NCBI GenBank assembly: GCA_945883395.1
Contig: CAMCXP010000002.1
Coordinates: 1 to 51,488 of the forward strand
Origin: Melioribacter roseus P3M-2
GTDB lineage: Bacteria > Bacteroidota > Ignavibacteria > Kapaibacteriales > Kapaibacteriaceae
Reading direction: 5' to 3'
DNA length: 51,488 nucleotides
Positions 1 through 10,551 of this stretch are shown in pieces. Every line of letters begins with the position of its first letter. Position 1 is the stretch's first letter. Both the position numbers and the translations under genes were made by a program. The notes below the pieces were generated by a model that made no database searches, had not been told where the DNA came from, and saw only the letters and a program-made list of their open reading frames with translations.

Positions 1-2
1 TG

Positions 3-3000
3 AAGAGCTTTATCGGTCGTGCGACCATCACCGGACCAAACGGTGCCACGGCATTCTCAGACGAAGTAACTGTGAGCGATATCGTTCCGCCAGGCGCACG
101 CCTCACACAATCGTTTGAAAACTTCACACCGTTTGGTGGTGGCCACCCAGTTGGTATCTACCGCGTTGTTTTCTGCGCTGAACTCACCAATCCATTCCCG
201 GACGAAAACACGTTTAACGACTGTTTGCCACGTCCAGGTCAGATTGCCTTCAACTTTGAGGTAGGGTATAACGAAGAGCCAGCAGTAAGCTCGGTAACGG
301 TACCGGGTGTCACTCAGGTGCTCTTTGCTAACCGTTCGTTCCGTCCTGAAGCCATCTTCGAGAACAACGGTATTCAGGATCTCTCGAACGTACCAGTACG
401 CTTGATCATCACGCGCCTGCGCGACAACGCTCAGGTGTACAACCAGACAGGTATCGTACCTGACATCGCAGCTGGGCAGTTCAACAAGGCGATCTTCACG
501 TTCCCAGCGTACACACCAACTGAAGGTGGTGACTATCGCTTCTGCTTCCGCACGGAGTATCCTGGCGATCCAGTTCTCACGAACAACGAAATCTGCGTTG
601 TCAAGACGATTGATGCCAACCTTGCTGGCGTTTACACGATCGGCACAACACGTCCAGGCCCACGCAACTACCTCACAATCACAGATGCTCTCAACGATCT
701 GTACCTCAAGGGACTTTCGGGCGCTGTGACATTCGAGTTCACAGATGCATCGTACACACAGACGGCTGTCGGTGTTAATACTGCAGCTATCGATCTGTCG
801 TCACGCATCATTGGTGTAAGCGACAAGAACACGATTACATTCAAGCCAACACTTGAGCGTTCGATCAACAAGGGTGCTGTGACAATCAACATGGTCACAG
901 AGTCTGGTATCGGCGTGTTGTTCGGTCAGAACATCAGCCCATCGAACCAAAACGCTATCCAGCGCCAGACGTACTTCGCGAATTCGCAGAATGCAAATTC
1001 GGGTGGTTACATCACGTTCGACGGTGGTGCACAGAAGTCACTTCGTTTTGCTACACGCAAGACAACAGTTCCAAACTTCCCATCGCCATTCTCATCGGTG
1101 TTTTACCTCTCATCGGGGTCATCGAACATCAATGTTCGTAACTGTATCATCAACAACGCTGATGGTGCTACACCGTCGTATGCCACGTCGCTTCCGCAGG
1201 TGCAGTTCAACTCAGGTTCGAATCAGTTCCGCTTCGAAGGCAATACACGTAGCAACAGCATCAGCTACACAGCCGGTATCACACAGCGTGACACGATCAA
1301 CCCAGACAACTTGGGTAACCTCGACACGCTGATCAACACGAACAATAAGTTTGTGAGCAACGAAATCAGTGGCTTCGGTTACGGTATCGTTTCGATCGGT
1401 ATCGGTTCGCTCATCAAGGCTGGTGTCAATGACTTCCGTGCGTTCTATAATGTTGGTACGGAAATCGACAACAACTTGATCTTCAACGTTCGTCGTGCTG
1501 GTGTGTTTGCAGCCTACGAGGACGGTGTACGAATCACACGTAACCGCATCTATAACGTTGGGGCATCAACAGGCGTTGCAGAGAATGACGTAGCCGGCAT
1601 CATCGCCGGTGGCGAGCAGCGCTACAACAACATGAATCTGTACATTGCGCAAAACGAAATCAGCGGTGTTCGTGGTAACACGTGGTCACGTGGTGTCGTT
1701 GTTGAGCAGTGCCGTAACGACTTTCAGTCGATCAACGGAGCAGACAAGGGCTTCGGTCCACGCACACAGGCAAGCACTGTGAGCTTCCCGAACAAGGCAG
1801 AGCGTACATATGTAACAAGCAACGCAATCTGGGGCTTGTCGCGCAATGCAGCTGCAACAAGTATGGCTGGTGTTCACCTCTGGACACGCCGCGCAACATC
1901 AACAGATCCGGTAACGTCACTTGTTACACCATCGATCCCAACATACTTCACAGTTGGCGACTCGGTTGTTAACAATACTATCGTGATTGGCACTGACAAC
2001 ACAACAGGTACTGGTGCAATTGTAGGTATCGGATCACAGAACGGTAACGGCACTGTGATCATGAACAATGCTATCGCACTCACAATGCCTGCAGGTTCGG
2101 CATCAATCACGCAATCAGCGATCCTCTACGAAGGAACAGTCTTCCGTAACGGTCGCGTGAACACATGGTATCTCCCAGCAACAGCTCCAGCGTCGCTTGT
2201 GTCGAACCGCAATGCGTTCTTCACACCAACGTCTGGTATCGGTCGCTTCATTGAGATTTCACACACAAGCGAACTCGTCTCTGCTGGTTCACAGACAGAA
2301 TTCACGACGATCGATCAATGGCGCAACTGGACACGCCAGGATATCAACTCGGTACTCGGCAATTTCGTTGCTGAGCATGAGTTCCAAGGTGTTGCTCCAA
2401 ATCAGCGTCTCCGTGTAAAGGTCACACCACAGCCACCAATCGGCTCGATCCTCAACAACCGTGGTGAGCGTCTTGCAGGCACGAAGGTTGATGTCGACGG
2501 TCACAACCGTGGTGCAGCTGGTCTTGGCTACGATATCGGTGCAGATGAATTCGATGGCCGTCTCTTCGTGAGTGATCTCGAAGTTGTCGACATCCTTTCG
2601 CCAGCGGCATATCGTGATGCTATTGGCATGACTAACGATGCAGAATACATCATGACGACAGCACCAGTCGACGTAACAGGACGTATCCGTAACAACGGTG
2701 CGCTTGCAACGACGAATTCACAAGTGCGTGTTCGCGTCTTCATGGAAAATGCATTGTCGAACAACACAGAATCTGCCGTACCAACCTTCAACTCATTCGC
2801 TGTTGTCGATCGCACGATTGCAACCGCGCTGGGTTCGGGTCAGTCACGTGATATTGTGTTCAACATCCCATCATGGTCGCCACAACCATACATTGGTACA
2901 CCTGGGTACACAGTGCCAACGCGCTTTGCAGCCATGGATGCTAATGTAACGCCACGCTACCGCGTCGAAGTCACGACAGCGTCAGACGAGTTCAACCCTA

Positions 3001-4421
3001 ACAACACGTTCTCAAAGGTTGTACGTTTCTATCTGCGCAAGTCGTCGAAGCGCATGGTTGTGTCGGTTCGCCATTCAGACATCAATCTTCTGAGCGGAAC
3101 ACCAACGCAGAATCAGATTGCTGGTCGTCTCAACGGTGACAGCCTTGCCAAGGCACTCGGTGATCTCGGGTATCGCATCGAACCAGGCGCAGATCGTTAC
3201 GACTTCGATGTATTCGAGCGCAACGCATGGGCATCCCGTTCGGTTGACTACACAATGTATCACACTATGTTCTGGGCACACGATCAAAGCGCTCTTTCGC
3301 GCACAGAGCGTGATGACCTCCGCAACTTCATTGCCTCTGGTGTTCCAGGTGCGAAGAAGAACTTGGCCATTTCTGGTCAAGGTATCCCATCGCAGCATTC
3401 AGGTGCTTCGGTCGTAAGCGATTTGAACTTCATCCAGCGAGTGCTGCGTTCGGTTGTCCAAGCACCGGGTTCACCGTTTACACCGAATTACAGCGGTCGT
3501 CGCGTTGATGGTGGCGCGCTTGCTCGTGGTACATCGGAAACAATCGTTCGTACAGGTTTCACGAACGATGCCGAGCCTGTTCCTGCGCTTGTCCGCATCT
3601 TTGCAGATCCAACGACAGCTGGTATCGCAAGCCCAGCTTACACATACCGCCGCGCAGACCGGACGACGGCAGACTCAATCATGGGTACGGCTACGGCGGC
3701 TCTTACAATCAACACAGTATATCTCGGCGTTGATTGGCGTCACTTCAGCAAGCCAGCAGCTCGCTCAGGTGGTGAACGTGTTGTACGCGGTATCTTCGAT
3801 TTCTTTGAATCAAACGGTGGCGGTCTTGTCCCTGTACAGCTCGTTTCGTTCGATGCCAAGGCTCGTGGTACAAATGCCGACGTCTTCTGGGCAACGGCTT
3901 CGGAGAAGAATACAGATCACTTCGTTGTCGATCGTGCAGACTTCGTTTCGGCGAGGGCTGGTGACATTGCAACATCAACGGAGTTCACACCTGTTCGCAC
4001 GGTTCCAGCATCTGGATCATCGTCGATTCTCCGTGAGTACTCGATCACAGACACAAAGCTTGCTCCTGGTATGTACACATACCGTCTGACAGCAGTTGAC
4101 AAGGATGGCACACGTTCTGGCTCGCACGAAGTGAACGTTATGATCGATGCTGAAGGCAACGGTCTGATGTTGGCTGATGTATCGCCAAACCCAGTTCGTA
4201 CTGAAGCAAAGGTTGCATTCACACTTGCAAACAGCGCTGACGTACAACTTGTGCTTGTCAGCCTCTCAGGGCAAGAAGTTCAAGTGCTTGCCAACGGCAA
4301 CTATGCAGCTGGCACACATGAAGCATCGATCGATGCAACGCAACTTGCGTCGGGTGCATACACACTCGTTCTCCGCAGCAATGGTGTGATGGCAACAAAG
4401 GCGATCACGGTTACGAAGTAA
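3..4421 (+). CDS. Giant secreted surface protein (5' end lies outside window): CARDB-like Ig modules, parallel beta-helix repeats, FN3-like module, T9SS C-terminal sorting domain
   Basis: The frame is open from nt 3 (KSFIGRATITGPNG...), so the GTG at 72 in the ORF track is internal. Beta-helix-like strings: NNLIFNVRRAG, ITRNRIYNVG, IAQNEISGVRGN. CARDB-like segments end in NNEICVVKTI and NPNNTFSKVVRF. The last ~80 aa (LADVSPNPVRTEAKVAFTL...GAYTLVLRSNGVMATKAITVTK) fit the Por-secretion-tail pattern. A strong terminator follows. Confidence 0.8.
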   Translation, partial: KSFIGRATITGPNGATAFSDEVTVSDIVPPGARLTQSFENFTPFGGGHPVGIYRVVFCAELTNPFPDENTFNDCLPRPGQIAFNFEVGYNEEPAVSSVTVPGVTQVLFANRSFRPEAIFENNGIQDLSNVPVRLIITRLRDNAQVYNQTGIVPDIAAGQFNKAIFTFPAYTPTEGGDYRFCFRTEYPGDPVLTNNEICVVKTIDANLAGVYTIGTTRPGPRNYLTITDALNDLYLKGLSGAVTFEFTDASYTQTAVGVNTAAIDLSSRIIGVSDKNTITFKPTLERSINKGAVTINMVTESGIGVLFGQNISPSNQNAIQRQTYFANSQNANSGGYITFDGGAQKSLRFATRKTTVPNFPSPFSSVFYLSSGSSNINVRNCIINNADGATPSYATSLPQVQFNSGSNQFRFEGNTRSNSISYTAGITQRDTINPDNLGNLDTLINTNNKFVSNEISGFGYGIVSIGIGSLIKAGVNDFRAFYNVGTEIDNNLIFNVRRAGVFAAYEDGVRITRNRIYNVGASTGVAENDVAGIIAGGEQRYNNMNLYIAQNEISGVRGNTWSRGVVVEQCRNDFQSINGADKGFGPRTQASTVSFPNKAERTYVTSNAIWGLSRNAAATSMAGVHLWTRRATSTDPVTSLVTPSIPTYFTVGDSVVNNTIVIGTDNTTGTGAIVGIGSQNGNGTVIMNNAIALTMPAGSASITQSAILYEGTVFRNGRVNTWYLPATAPASLVSNRNAFFTPTSGIGRFIEISHTSELVSAGSQTEFTTIDQWRNWTRQDINSVLGNFVAEHEFQGVAPNQRLRVKVTPQPPIGSILNNRGERLAGTKVDVDGHNRGAAGLGYDIGADEFDGRLFVSDLEVVDILSPAAYRDAIGMTNDAEYIMTTAPVDVTGRIRNNGALATTNSQVRVRVFMENALSNNTESAVPTFNSFAVVDRTIATALGSGQSRDIVFNIPSWSPQPYIGTPGYTVPTRFAAMDANVTPRYRVEVTTASDEFNPNNTFSKVVRFYLRKSSKRMVVSVRHSDINLLSGTPTQNQIAGRLNGDSLAKALGDLGYRIEPGADRYDFDVFERNAWASRSVDYTMYHTMFWAHDQSALSRTERDDLRNFIASGVPGAKKNLAISGQGIPSQHSGASVVSDLNFIQRVLRSVVQAPGSPFTPNYSGRRVDGGALARGTSETIVRTGFTNDAEPVPALVRIFADPTTAGIASPAYTYRRADRTTADSIMGTATAALTINTVYLGVDWRHFSKPAARSGGERVVRGIFDFFESNGGGLVPVQLVSFDAKARGTNADVFWATASEKNTDHFVVDRADFVSARAGDIATSTEFTPVRTVPASGSSSILREYSITDTKLAPGMYTYRLTAVDKDGTRSGSHEVNVMIDAEGNGLMLADVSPNPVRTEAKVAFTLANSADVQLVLVSLSGQEVQVLANGNYAAGTHEASIDATQLASGAYTLVLRSNGVMATKAITVTK

Positions 4422-4450
4422 TCGGCTCGTCGAACACATCGCTTTTTCGT

Positions 4451-4492
4451 AAGCCGCCCCTGCGCTCCCGCGCAGGGGCGGCTTGCTTTTGT
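4451..4492 (+). terminator. Rho-independent terminator after the giant surface-protein gene
   Basis: Perfect 15-bp stem AAGCCGCCCCTGCGC (4451-4465) / GCGCAGGGGCGGCTT (4470-4484), 4-nt loop TCCC, then GCTTTTGT. Confidence 0.85.
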
Positions 4493-4495
4493 ACG

Positions 4496-4503
4496 TAGGT
4501 TTG
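4496..4503 (+). promoter_or_regulatory. Candidate Bacteroidota-type -7 promoter box (TAnnTTTG) for lnt
   Basis: TAGGTTTG matches TAnnTTTG exactly. It sits between the terminator and the lnt ATG (4513), implying a very short leader. I could not see a convincing -33 TTTG at the expected spacing. Confidence 0.3.
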
Positions 4504-4512
4504 CAACGCGTG

Positions 4513-6189
4513 ATGGAACGATTCCCCATACTGCTAGCACTTGCATCAGGTTTATTCCTGGGTGCAGCATTCCCACAGGTTGTTGGCGTATGGGCGGGTG
4601 TACTCAGCCTAGTGGCTCTAGTTCCGTTGTTTGTGCTTCTGGCCACGCGTGCACAGCATGCGTCACGATGGCGCGTGATCGGGTGGCTGTACGCCACGTT
4701 CGTTGTCTATCACGGAATCACCAACTGGTGGGTGTGCTCATGGCAGGAGCGAACAGATCCTTATCTGTTCGTAAGTGGCATCGCGCTGTGGTTGGGACAT
4801 CCGTTCTTCCTGATGTTGCCGTTTGTTGCCCTTGCATCGATTCGACGTAGACTCGGAACGAGGTGGATGTTCGTTCTTGCACCTGCATCGATTGCAGGCT
4901 TTGAGTGGCTTCATGGGCAGACCGATGCGTCGTATCCGTGGCTCACGATTGGGTATACGCTTGTCGGCACGCCCCTTGCCCAAATCGCAGATGTGATTGG
5001 TGTGTACGGTCTGACGTTTCTGATTGCTGGCGTGAATGCTGCCTGTGCTTGGCTCTACCTTCATCGCGCTTATCGTTCGGTTCGCATACAGGCCACGATC
5101 GCGATCCACCTATTTATGCTTGTGTGGCTGTTTGTAGGCATGGCGCGAGCGAAGGTCGCGTTGCCTGCTTCAGGTGCGCTTCGTGCACTGCTTATCCAGC
5201 CCAACGAGGATCCCTGGGATAAGTGGTCCGACCCCGAATTGCAGCTCCAGACACATATCCATCTCACCGATTCCGTGCGGACATACTATCGCGCTCGGGG
5301 GGCATCGAACCGCACCGAGGATGTGGTAATCTGGAGTGAGACGGCCATACCGTTTCTCATTCGTGATGCACGGAACATCGAGCAATGGCATGCCCTCCGC
5401 ACATGGGTCGATACCTCATCTGTGCCCCTGTTGACAGGTCTGGCCGACGTATCGGTGTACCCATCCGGTGCAGCACCACCTTCGGCGAGACGCTCTGCTG
5501 CCGATCCAGCGGTACGGTATGATGCCTTCAATGCGGCGATGGTTATCAATCCAGCAACCTCCAACGTAGCGCTCCACTACAAGTCGATGCTCACGCCCTT
5601 CGCCGAACGTCTGCCGTTTGCCGATCAGCTCACATTTGCCATGAGTTGGATCGAGTGGGGGGTAGGAATATCCGCATGGGGCAAGGGGCAGACACGTCTT
5701 CCGTTACCAGTTCTGCGCGGTAGCGATACTGTTGCGCGGATCGGAACGATCATCTGCATTGAGTCGATTTATCCAGAGGTCGCCCGCGACATGGTCAATA
5801 ACGGCGCTGATGTGCTGTGTGTTATCACCAATGATGCGTGGTACAACCGAACATGGGGGCCAGGTCAGCACTTCGACATCGCACGCATGCGCGCCATCGA
5901 GCAACGGCGTGCTGTTCTACGATGTGCGCAATCTGGCGTAACCGGCGCGATCCTCCCCGACGGCACGGATGCTGTTGCACCTCTCTCCGTGATGCGGCGC
6001 GCAGCGCTGCACGCCACTGTTCCAACGCAGACCCAGCGTACGGTATATGCGCGAGTTGGTGATCCCTTGCCGATTCTTGGTCTGCTTTTCACGATCTTCG
6101 CGATTGTTCTCGCACGAATTCCCGCATGTGTACGTGTACTAACGTCTGGTTCTAACCGTTCAACAACGACTGAGAAGTCACACCTATGA
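4513..6189 (+). CDS. lnt: Apolipoprotein N-acyltransferase
   Basis: N-terminus MERFPILLALASGLFLGAAFP plus a multi-TM region, then a CN-hydrolase domain with VVIWSETAIPF, HYKSMLTPFAERLPF, IGTIICIESIYPE and ITNDAWY. The track's TTG start at 4483 lies inside the terminator stem, so ATG 4513 is preferred. Confidence 0.85.
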   Translation: MERFPILLALASGLFLGAAFPQVVGVWAGVLSLVALVPLFVLLATRAQHASRWRVIGWLYATFVVYHGITNWWVCSWQERTDPYLFVSGIALWLGHPFFLMLPFVALASIRRRLGTRWMFVLAPASIAGFEWLHGQTDASYPWLTIGYTLVGTPLAQIADVIGVYGLTFLIAGVNAACAWLYLHRAYRSVRIQATIAIHLFMLVWLFVGMARAKVALPASGALRALLIQPNEDPWDKWSDPELQLQTHIHLTDSVRTYYRARGASNRTEDVVIWSETAIPFLIRDARNIEQWHALRTWVDTSSVPLLTGLADVSVYPSGAAPPSARRSAADPAVRYDAFNAAMVINPATSNVALHYKSMLTPFAERLPFADQLTFAMSWIEWGVGISAWGKGQTRLPLPVLRGSDTVARIGTIICIESIYPEVARDMVNNGADVLCVITNDAWYNRTWGPGQHFDIARMRAIEQRRAVLRCAQSGVTGAILPDGTDAVAPLSVMRRAALHATVPTQTQRTVYARVGDPLPILGLLFTIFAIVLARIPACVRVLTSGSNRSTTTEKSHL

Positions 6190-7520
6190 TTCGTTTTTCT
6201 GCGTGGATCGCAGCTGCATCCGCTGCATTCATGATCGGTACCATCCCGACGATGGCGCAACTCAAGCCCCTTGAGTTTGTCGAATACGACCTACCGAACG
6301 GACTCCATGTCATCCTCCATGAGGATCACTCAGCGCCTGTTGTCGCTACCGTCCTGCACTATAAGGTAGGATCACGCGATGAAGATCCACGTCGTACAGG
6401 CTTCGCGCACTTCTTCGAACACTTGATGTTCGAATCGACCGACAAGATCGAGCGCGCGTCTATCGACAAGCTGATCAGTGGCGCCGGTGGACAGCTCAAC
6501 GCGTTCACGAGCAACGATCAAACGGTGTATCACTTCGTTGTACCGTCGAACCAAGTGCGCCTTGCACTGTGGATCGAAGCACAACGTATGCGTAAGCTCA
6601 ACGTTAACAGCATCGGCGTCGAAACACAGCGCGGTGTTGTAAAGGAAGAGCGCAAGAATCGGTACGACAACGCGCCGTATGGCGGTTGGATTGAGAAGTC
6701 ACAGGCATTGCTTTTCAAGGGCACGCCATATGAGTGGGCTCCGATCGGTTCGGCACAACATATCGACAGCGCCACGATCAATGAATTCAAGGCGTTCTAC
6801 GATGAGTTCTATCAGCCAAACAATGCTGTGTTGGTTGTCAGTGGCGACGTTGATCCTGCTGTCATTCGTGAGACTATTGAAGCCTATTTCGGTGGCTATG
6901 CGAAAGCACCGGAGCCACGCCGTCCCGTCATTACTGGTCTGAAGGAACTCTCCGGAGAAGTTCGTGAAACGATCAACGACCAAAAGGCACAACTGCCTGC
7001 GGTGTTTGTGACGTATCGTGGAATGACGCAGCTCGATCCAGATATCTATGCAGCAGATCTGCTCACGACGATTTTGTCGAACGGTGAATCATCACGCATG
7101 TACAAAGCGCTCGTCGACAGTGCTCAGTCGGCTGTCCAGGCCAGTGTGTCGCTGTTCCCACGTGAGTATGTTGGTGCCGTGCTCTGCATCGGCATCGTTG
7201 CACCGGGCAAGACGCCGGAAGAAGTTGAGAAGGGCATGTATGCCGAACTCGACCGTGTGATGCGTGACGGTGTAACTGATGAAGAGCTCACAAAGGCCAA
7301 GAACATCACCGAAGCGCAGTCTGTTGGCGGACGCATGGGTGTGTACGATAAGGCACTCGCCTTATCGAATGCTTATCGCTTTGAAAAGTCAACGGCAGCG
7401 ATCAACGAAGAGATGACGAAGTATCTCAAGGTCACGAAGGCCGACATTCAGCGCGTTGCCAAGCGCATCTTCGGGTCTACACAACGTGTTGTGCTCACCT
7501 ACATTCCTACGAAGGGTTGA
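6186..7520 (+). CDS. M16 (pitrilysin/insulinase) family zinc peptidase, catalytic-type subunit
   Basis: Signal peptide; HFFEHLMFE contains the inverted zinc motif HxxEH; typical ~440 aa two-domain size. The ATG overlaps the lnt stop (ATGA). Confidence 0.85.
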   Translation: MIRFSAWIAAASAAFMIGTIPTMAQLKPLEFVEYDLPNGLHVILHEDHSAPVVATVLHYKVGSRDEDPRRTGFAHFFEHLMFESTDKIERASIDKLISGAGGQLNAFTSNDQTVYHFVVPSNQVRLALWIEAQRMRKLNVNSIGVETQRGVVKEERKNRYDNAPYGGWIEKSQALLFKGTPYEWAPIGSAQHIDSATINEFKAFYDEFYQPNNAVLVVSGDVDPAVIRETIEAYFGGYAKAPEPRRPVITGLKELSGEVRETINDQKAQLPAVFVTYRGMTQLDPDIYAADLLTTILSNGESSRMYKALVDSAQSAVQASVSLFPREYVGAVLCIGIVAPGKTPEEVEKGMYAELDRVMRDGVTDEELTKAKNITEAQSVGGRMGVYDKALALSNAYRFEKSTAAINEEMTKYLKVTKADIQRVAKRIFGSTQRVVLTYIPTKG

Positions 7521-7523
7521 GCC

Positions 7524-9737
7524 ATGAATTCTATGAACAATACCTCCCGCCGTATGACGAAGTTGATCGCACTTGTTGCGTGTGGCATGATGCTCCTCTC
7601 AGGAGCAGTGCATGCGCAGCAGACACCGACTAAGGCCAAGCCAAAGTCGAAGACTACGAAGGCCAAGACGACGAAGAAGGAGGCAGCTGTAACTACAGAT
7701 GCAACACCTGCCGCGCCGATCGATAAACCGAATCTCGACTCCAAGCCGGGTCCGCTGCAAGCCACAACGTTTGCATTCCCTCCGTACATCGATTTCACAA
7801 TGGCGAACGGACTCCATGTGTACGTCATTGAGAATCACGAGCAGCCAACGTTGAACATTGGCATCTCAATTCGTGGCGGTGACGCATACGATCCTTCTGG
7901 CAAAGAAGGTACTGCAGCCATCATGGGCGACATGCTGGGTAAGGGCACCAAGAACCGCACTGCTCAAGCCATGGCGGAAGCACTCGACGGTGTCGGTGCA
8001 GGCATCTCTGTGACGACGGCCGGCGAATCTATGGGCGTCTCGGCATCAATGCTGAAGAAGCACATGAACGTCGTGTTCCCAATTCTGCGCGACCAGCTTC
8101 AGGAGCCAACGTTTGACGAGCAAGAGCTCGCCAAGCTCAAGAAGCAGTACATCGCCAGCATTGCGAGCCGCCGCTCACGTCCGAACGAGATCGCTCAAGC
8201 GCTTTCACGCAAGGTGATCTACGGAATGAACAATCCGCTTGCACGCCGTCAGCTGGAAAAGACAGTCAACGCCGTTACACGCGAAGACGTGGTTGCATTC
8301 CACAACGCATACATCCGTCCGAATCTTGCATCGATCGCGTTCGTTGGTGACATCACCGAGAAGGAAGCGCGTGATATCGTGAACAAGTATTTCAGCGATT
8401 GGAAAAAGGGAACAGCGCCTACTGTTGAGATTCCACCAATGCGCACAGAACCAGCCGGTGTGTACTTCGTACCGCGTAAGGGTTCCGTGCAGAGTACGGT
8501 GATCGTGTCGGCCGCCGGCCCGGCCGTGCGCGAATCAGACTACGATGCTACAGATGTTATGACGAGCTACATTGGTGGTGGGTTCGGGAGCGTGTTGTTC
8601 AATACGCTGCGCGAAACATACTCCTACACGTACTCTCCATTCAGTGTGCTTACACGTGGACGTCGCTACAACCGCATTGCCTTTGGTGCTGAGGTTCGCA
8701 ACTCTGTAACTGATTCAGCTATCACCGTGATGATGCGCGAACTCGCAAAGCTTGCCAATGAAGGCCCAGATGAGGAAGCACTTGCGCGTCGCGTCGTAAC
8801 TGAAGTCGGACAATATCAGCTGGCGTTTGAGCAAGCTGGCACGGTTGGTTCGGTGCTCCAAAACGCATGGCTTAATGATGTGCCGATTGAGGATGTCACA
8901 ACATATACCGATCGCCTCTCGCGTATCAACGCAGGTGACGCGCAGCAGGCTGCGGCGAAGTATCTCAACATGTTCAACCTGCGACTTATCATTGTCGGCA
9001 GCCCCGATGTCAAGAGTAAGATCGAACAGTTCGGTCCGATCAAGGAATTCACACTTGATCTCGAGCCAATGCAGGAAGCCGCCTACGAGAACGTTGGTAT
9101 GACGCCAGAGCAGCTAATCGAGAAGCACGTCGAAGCACTTGGTGGCCGTGCAGCAGTTGATGCTGTCAAGACCATGACCATGAAGGCTGATGTATCGATG
9201 ACGCTTCAGGGTAATGATCTCTCCGGAACCTACGAGCGCATTGTCGCAACGCCGAACAAGGAGTTTTCGTCGATCAACCTTGGCGTGATGACGCAGCAAC
9301 AGTGGGCGAATGGCACAACCGTATGGATGGCGCTCAACGGTGGCCCTGCTGGAGAGCAAGAAGCTGAGGATACCAAGAAGGCTCTGCTCGAGGCTCGGAT
9401 CTTCCCATTGGCAACATCACTTGCCGACGGCTACACGTTGGTGGTCAAGGGGAAGAAGGATAACACCATCGTTATCGACGCGACGAGTCCGCTTGGACGC
9501 AGCGAGCGTTATGTTCTCGATGCCACAACCATGCTCATCAGCAAGGTTGAGAAGGACGATCAAACGCCGCAGGGCGTGATGACGACCGTCGAAAAGTATG
9601 AGGCATACGAGACCATCGGCGGCGTGAAGCTTCCTACGCAGATCACGCAGTCAAACTCCATCTTCTCGATGACCTTCCGTGCGAAGGTGTCGGTGAACGA
9701 CGTTGTGGCTGACACAGCGTTTGCACCTGCGAAGTAA
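7524..9737 (+). CDS. M16-family peptidase-like protein lacking the zinc motif, with extra C-terminal domain
   Basis: Signal peptide, then a K/T/A-rich linker (KAKPKSKTTKAKTTKKE). It is co-linear with the upstream M16 gene, but the HxxEH position reads GTAAIMGDMLGKGT. About 220 additional residues follow the M16 core, from about nt 9081. Confidence 0.75.
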   Translation: MNSMNNTSRRMTKLIALVACGMMLLSGAVHAQQTPTKAKPKSKTTKAKTTKKEAAVTTDATPAAPIDKPNLDSKPGPLQATTFAFPPYIDFTMANGLHVYVIENHEQPTLNIGISIRGGDAYDPSGKEGTAAIMGDMLGKGTKNRTAQAMAEALDGVGAGISVTTAGESMGVSASMLKKHMNVVFPILRDQLQEPTFDEQELAKLKKQYIASIASRRSRPNEIAQALSRKVIYGMNNPLARRQLEKTVNAVTREDVVAFHNAYIRPNLASIAFVGDITEKEARDIVNKYFSDWKKGTAPTVEIPPMRTEPAGVYFVPRKGSVQSTVIVSAAGPAVRESDYDATDVMTSYIGGGFGSVLFNTLRETYSYTYSPFSVLTRGRRYNRIAFGAEVRNSVTDSAITVMMRELAKLANEGPDEEALARRVVTEVGQYQLAFEQAGTVGSVLQNAWLNDVPIEDVTTYTDRLSRINAGDAQQAAAKYLNMFNLRLIIVGSPDVKSKIEQFGPIKEFTLDLEPMQEAAYENVGMTPEQLIEKHVEALGGRAAVDAVKTMTMKADVSMTLQGNDLSGTYERIVATPNKEFSSINLGVMTQQQWANGTTVWMALNGGPAGEQEAEDTKKALLEARIFPLATSLADGYTLVVKGKKDNTIVIDATSPLGRSERYVLDATTMLISKVEKDDQTPQGVMTTVEKYEAYETIGGVKLPTQITQSNSIFSMTFRAKVSVNDVVADTAFAPAK

Positions 9738-9748
9738 GGATCAGCGCA

Positions 9749-10453
9749 GTGCGAGTCTTCACCGTTGCGCGAACGATGTGGAATGCCCTTCGTTCGCCTG
9801 AACTCATCAAGGATGCAACAACCGAGGTGGCCACGGCGATGTTCGCCGTGGCCGTCCTTGTTTTGAGCGCAGCCTCGACCATTGCGGCCCTCATCGAAGA
9901 GGGGAATCCAGTCCTCGTGGCACAGTCCAATGCACTCACCTATTCCTCTGGAATCGCCACCGACGGACAGCAGGGGGTAGACCTCTCCTTGCCGCAGAGG
10001 CAGATTACCGGCGTATTGGGTGGGGCCCTACTTGTAACAATTGTGACGTCGGCCGCACTTGCAGCTGTCTTCTGGGTACTGGTGCGGTTCATGACTGATG
10101 CGCCCATAACCTATGGAATGGCGCTAACCACCGTATCGGCTACAGCGCTGATTAGCGTTGTGGACATCGCCGTGTCTGCTATGCTTCATACTCTCACATC
10201 GACCCTGCGGGTCGGGCTGCATCTTGGTGTTTTTGTCGATCCCGTCGACCACCCGGCGGTGTTTAGCTGGCTTCAGCGCCTGAGTCTTCTGTCGCTTTGG
10301 CAGTATCTGGCCATAGGTATCGGACTTTCCACATGGGGCGGCCTCCATCGGAGATTCGGCATCGTCACCGGAGGCATTGTATGGGTTGTAGTTGGGACAG
10401 TCATGGGTGGAATTGCCCTCGTGACGTGGATAGTGAGCCTCGCAAATCACTAA
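9749..10453 (+). CDS. Integral membrane protein of unknown function (Yip1-like topology is only a guess)
   Basis: GTG 9749 (alternative ATG 9776). About five hydrophobic helices, e.g. AMFAVAVLVLSAASTIAALI, GGALLVTIVTSAALAAVFWVLV, GGIVWVVVGTVMGGIALVTWIV. No diagnostic motif recognised. Confidence 0.5.
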   Translation: MRVFTVARTMWNALRSPELIKDATTEVATAMFAVAVLVLSAASTIAALIEEGNPVLVAQSNALTYSSGIATDGQQGVDLSLPQRQITGVLGGALLVTIVTSAALAAVFWVLVRFMTDAPITYGMALTTVSATALISVVDIAVSAMLHTLTSTLRVGLHLGVFVDPVDHPAVFSWLQRLSLLSLWQYLAIGIGLSTWGGLHRRFGIVTGGIVWVVVGTVMGGIALVTWIVSLANH

Positions 10454-10551
10454 CGTGTCGAACAGATCAAGATTGGTTTGGAATGCGTTGTATATTGCAA
10501 ATCGCTGTTCCAGGAAAATTCTTGTGACGAAGAAGTAATAATGGAGTTGGA

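Noticed and set aside
10454-10551. The 98-nt gap upstream of the BNR gene as a riboswitch or small RNA, and its TATATTGC as a promoter box.
   Set aside because: It is too short, with no recognisable conserved riboswitch core or stable structure seen by eye. The box does not match TAnnTTTG.
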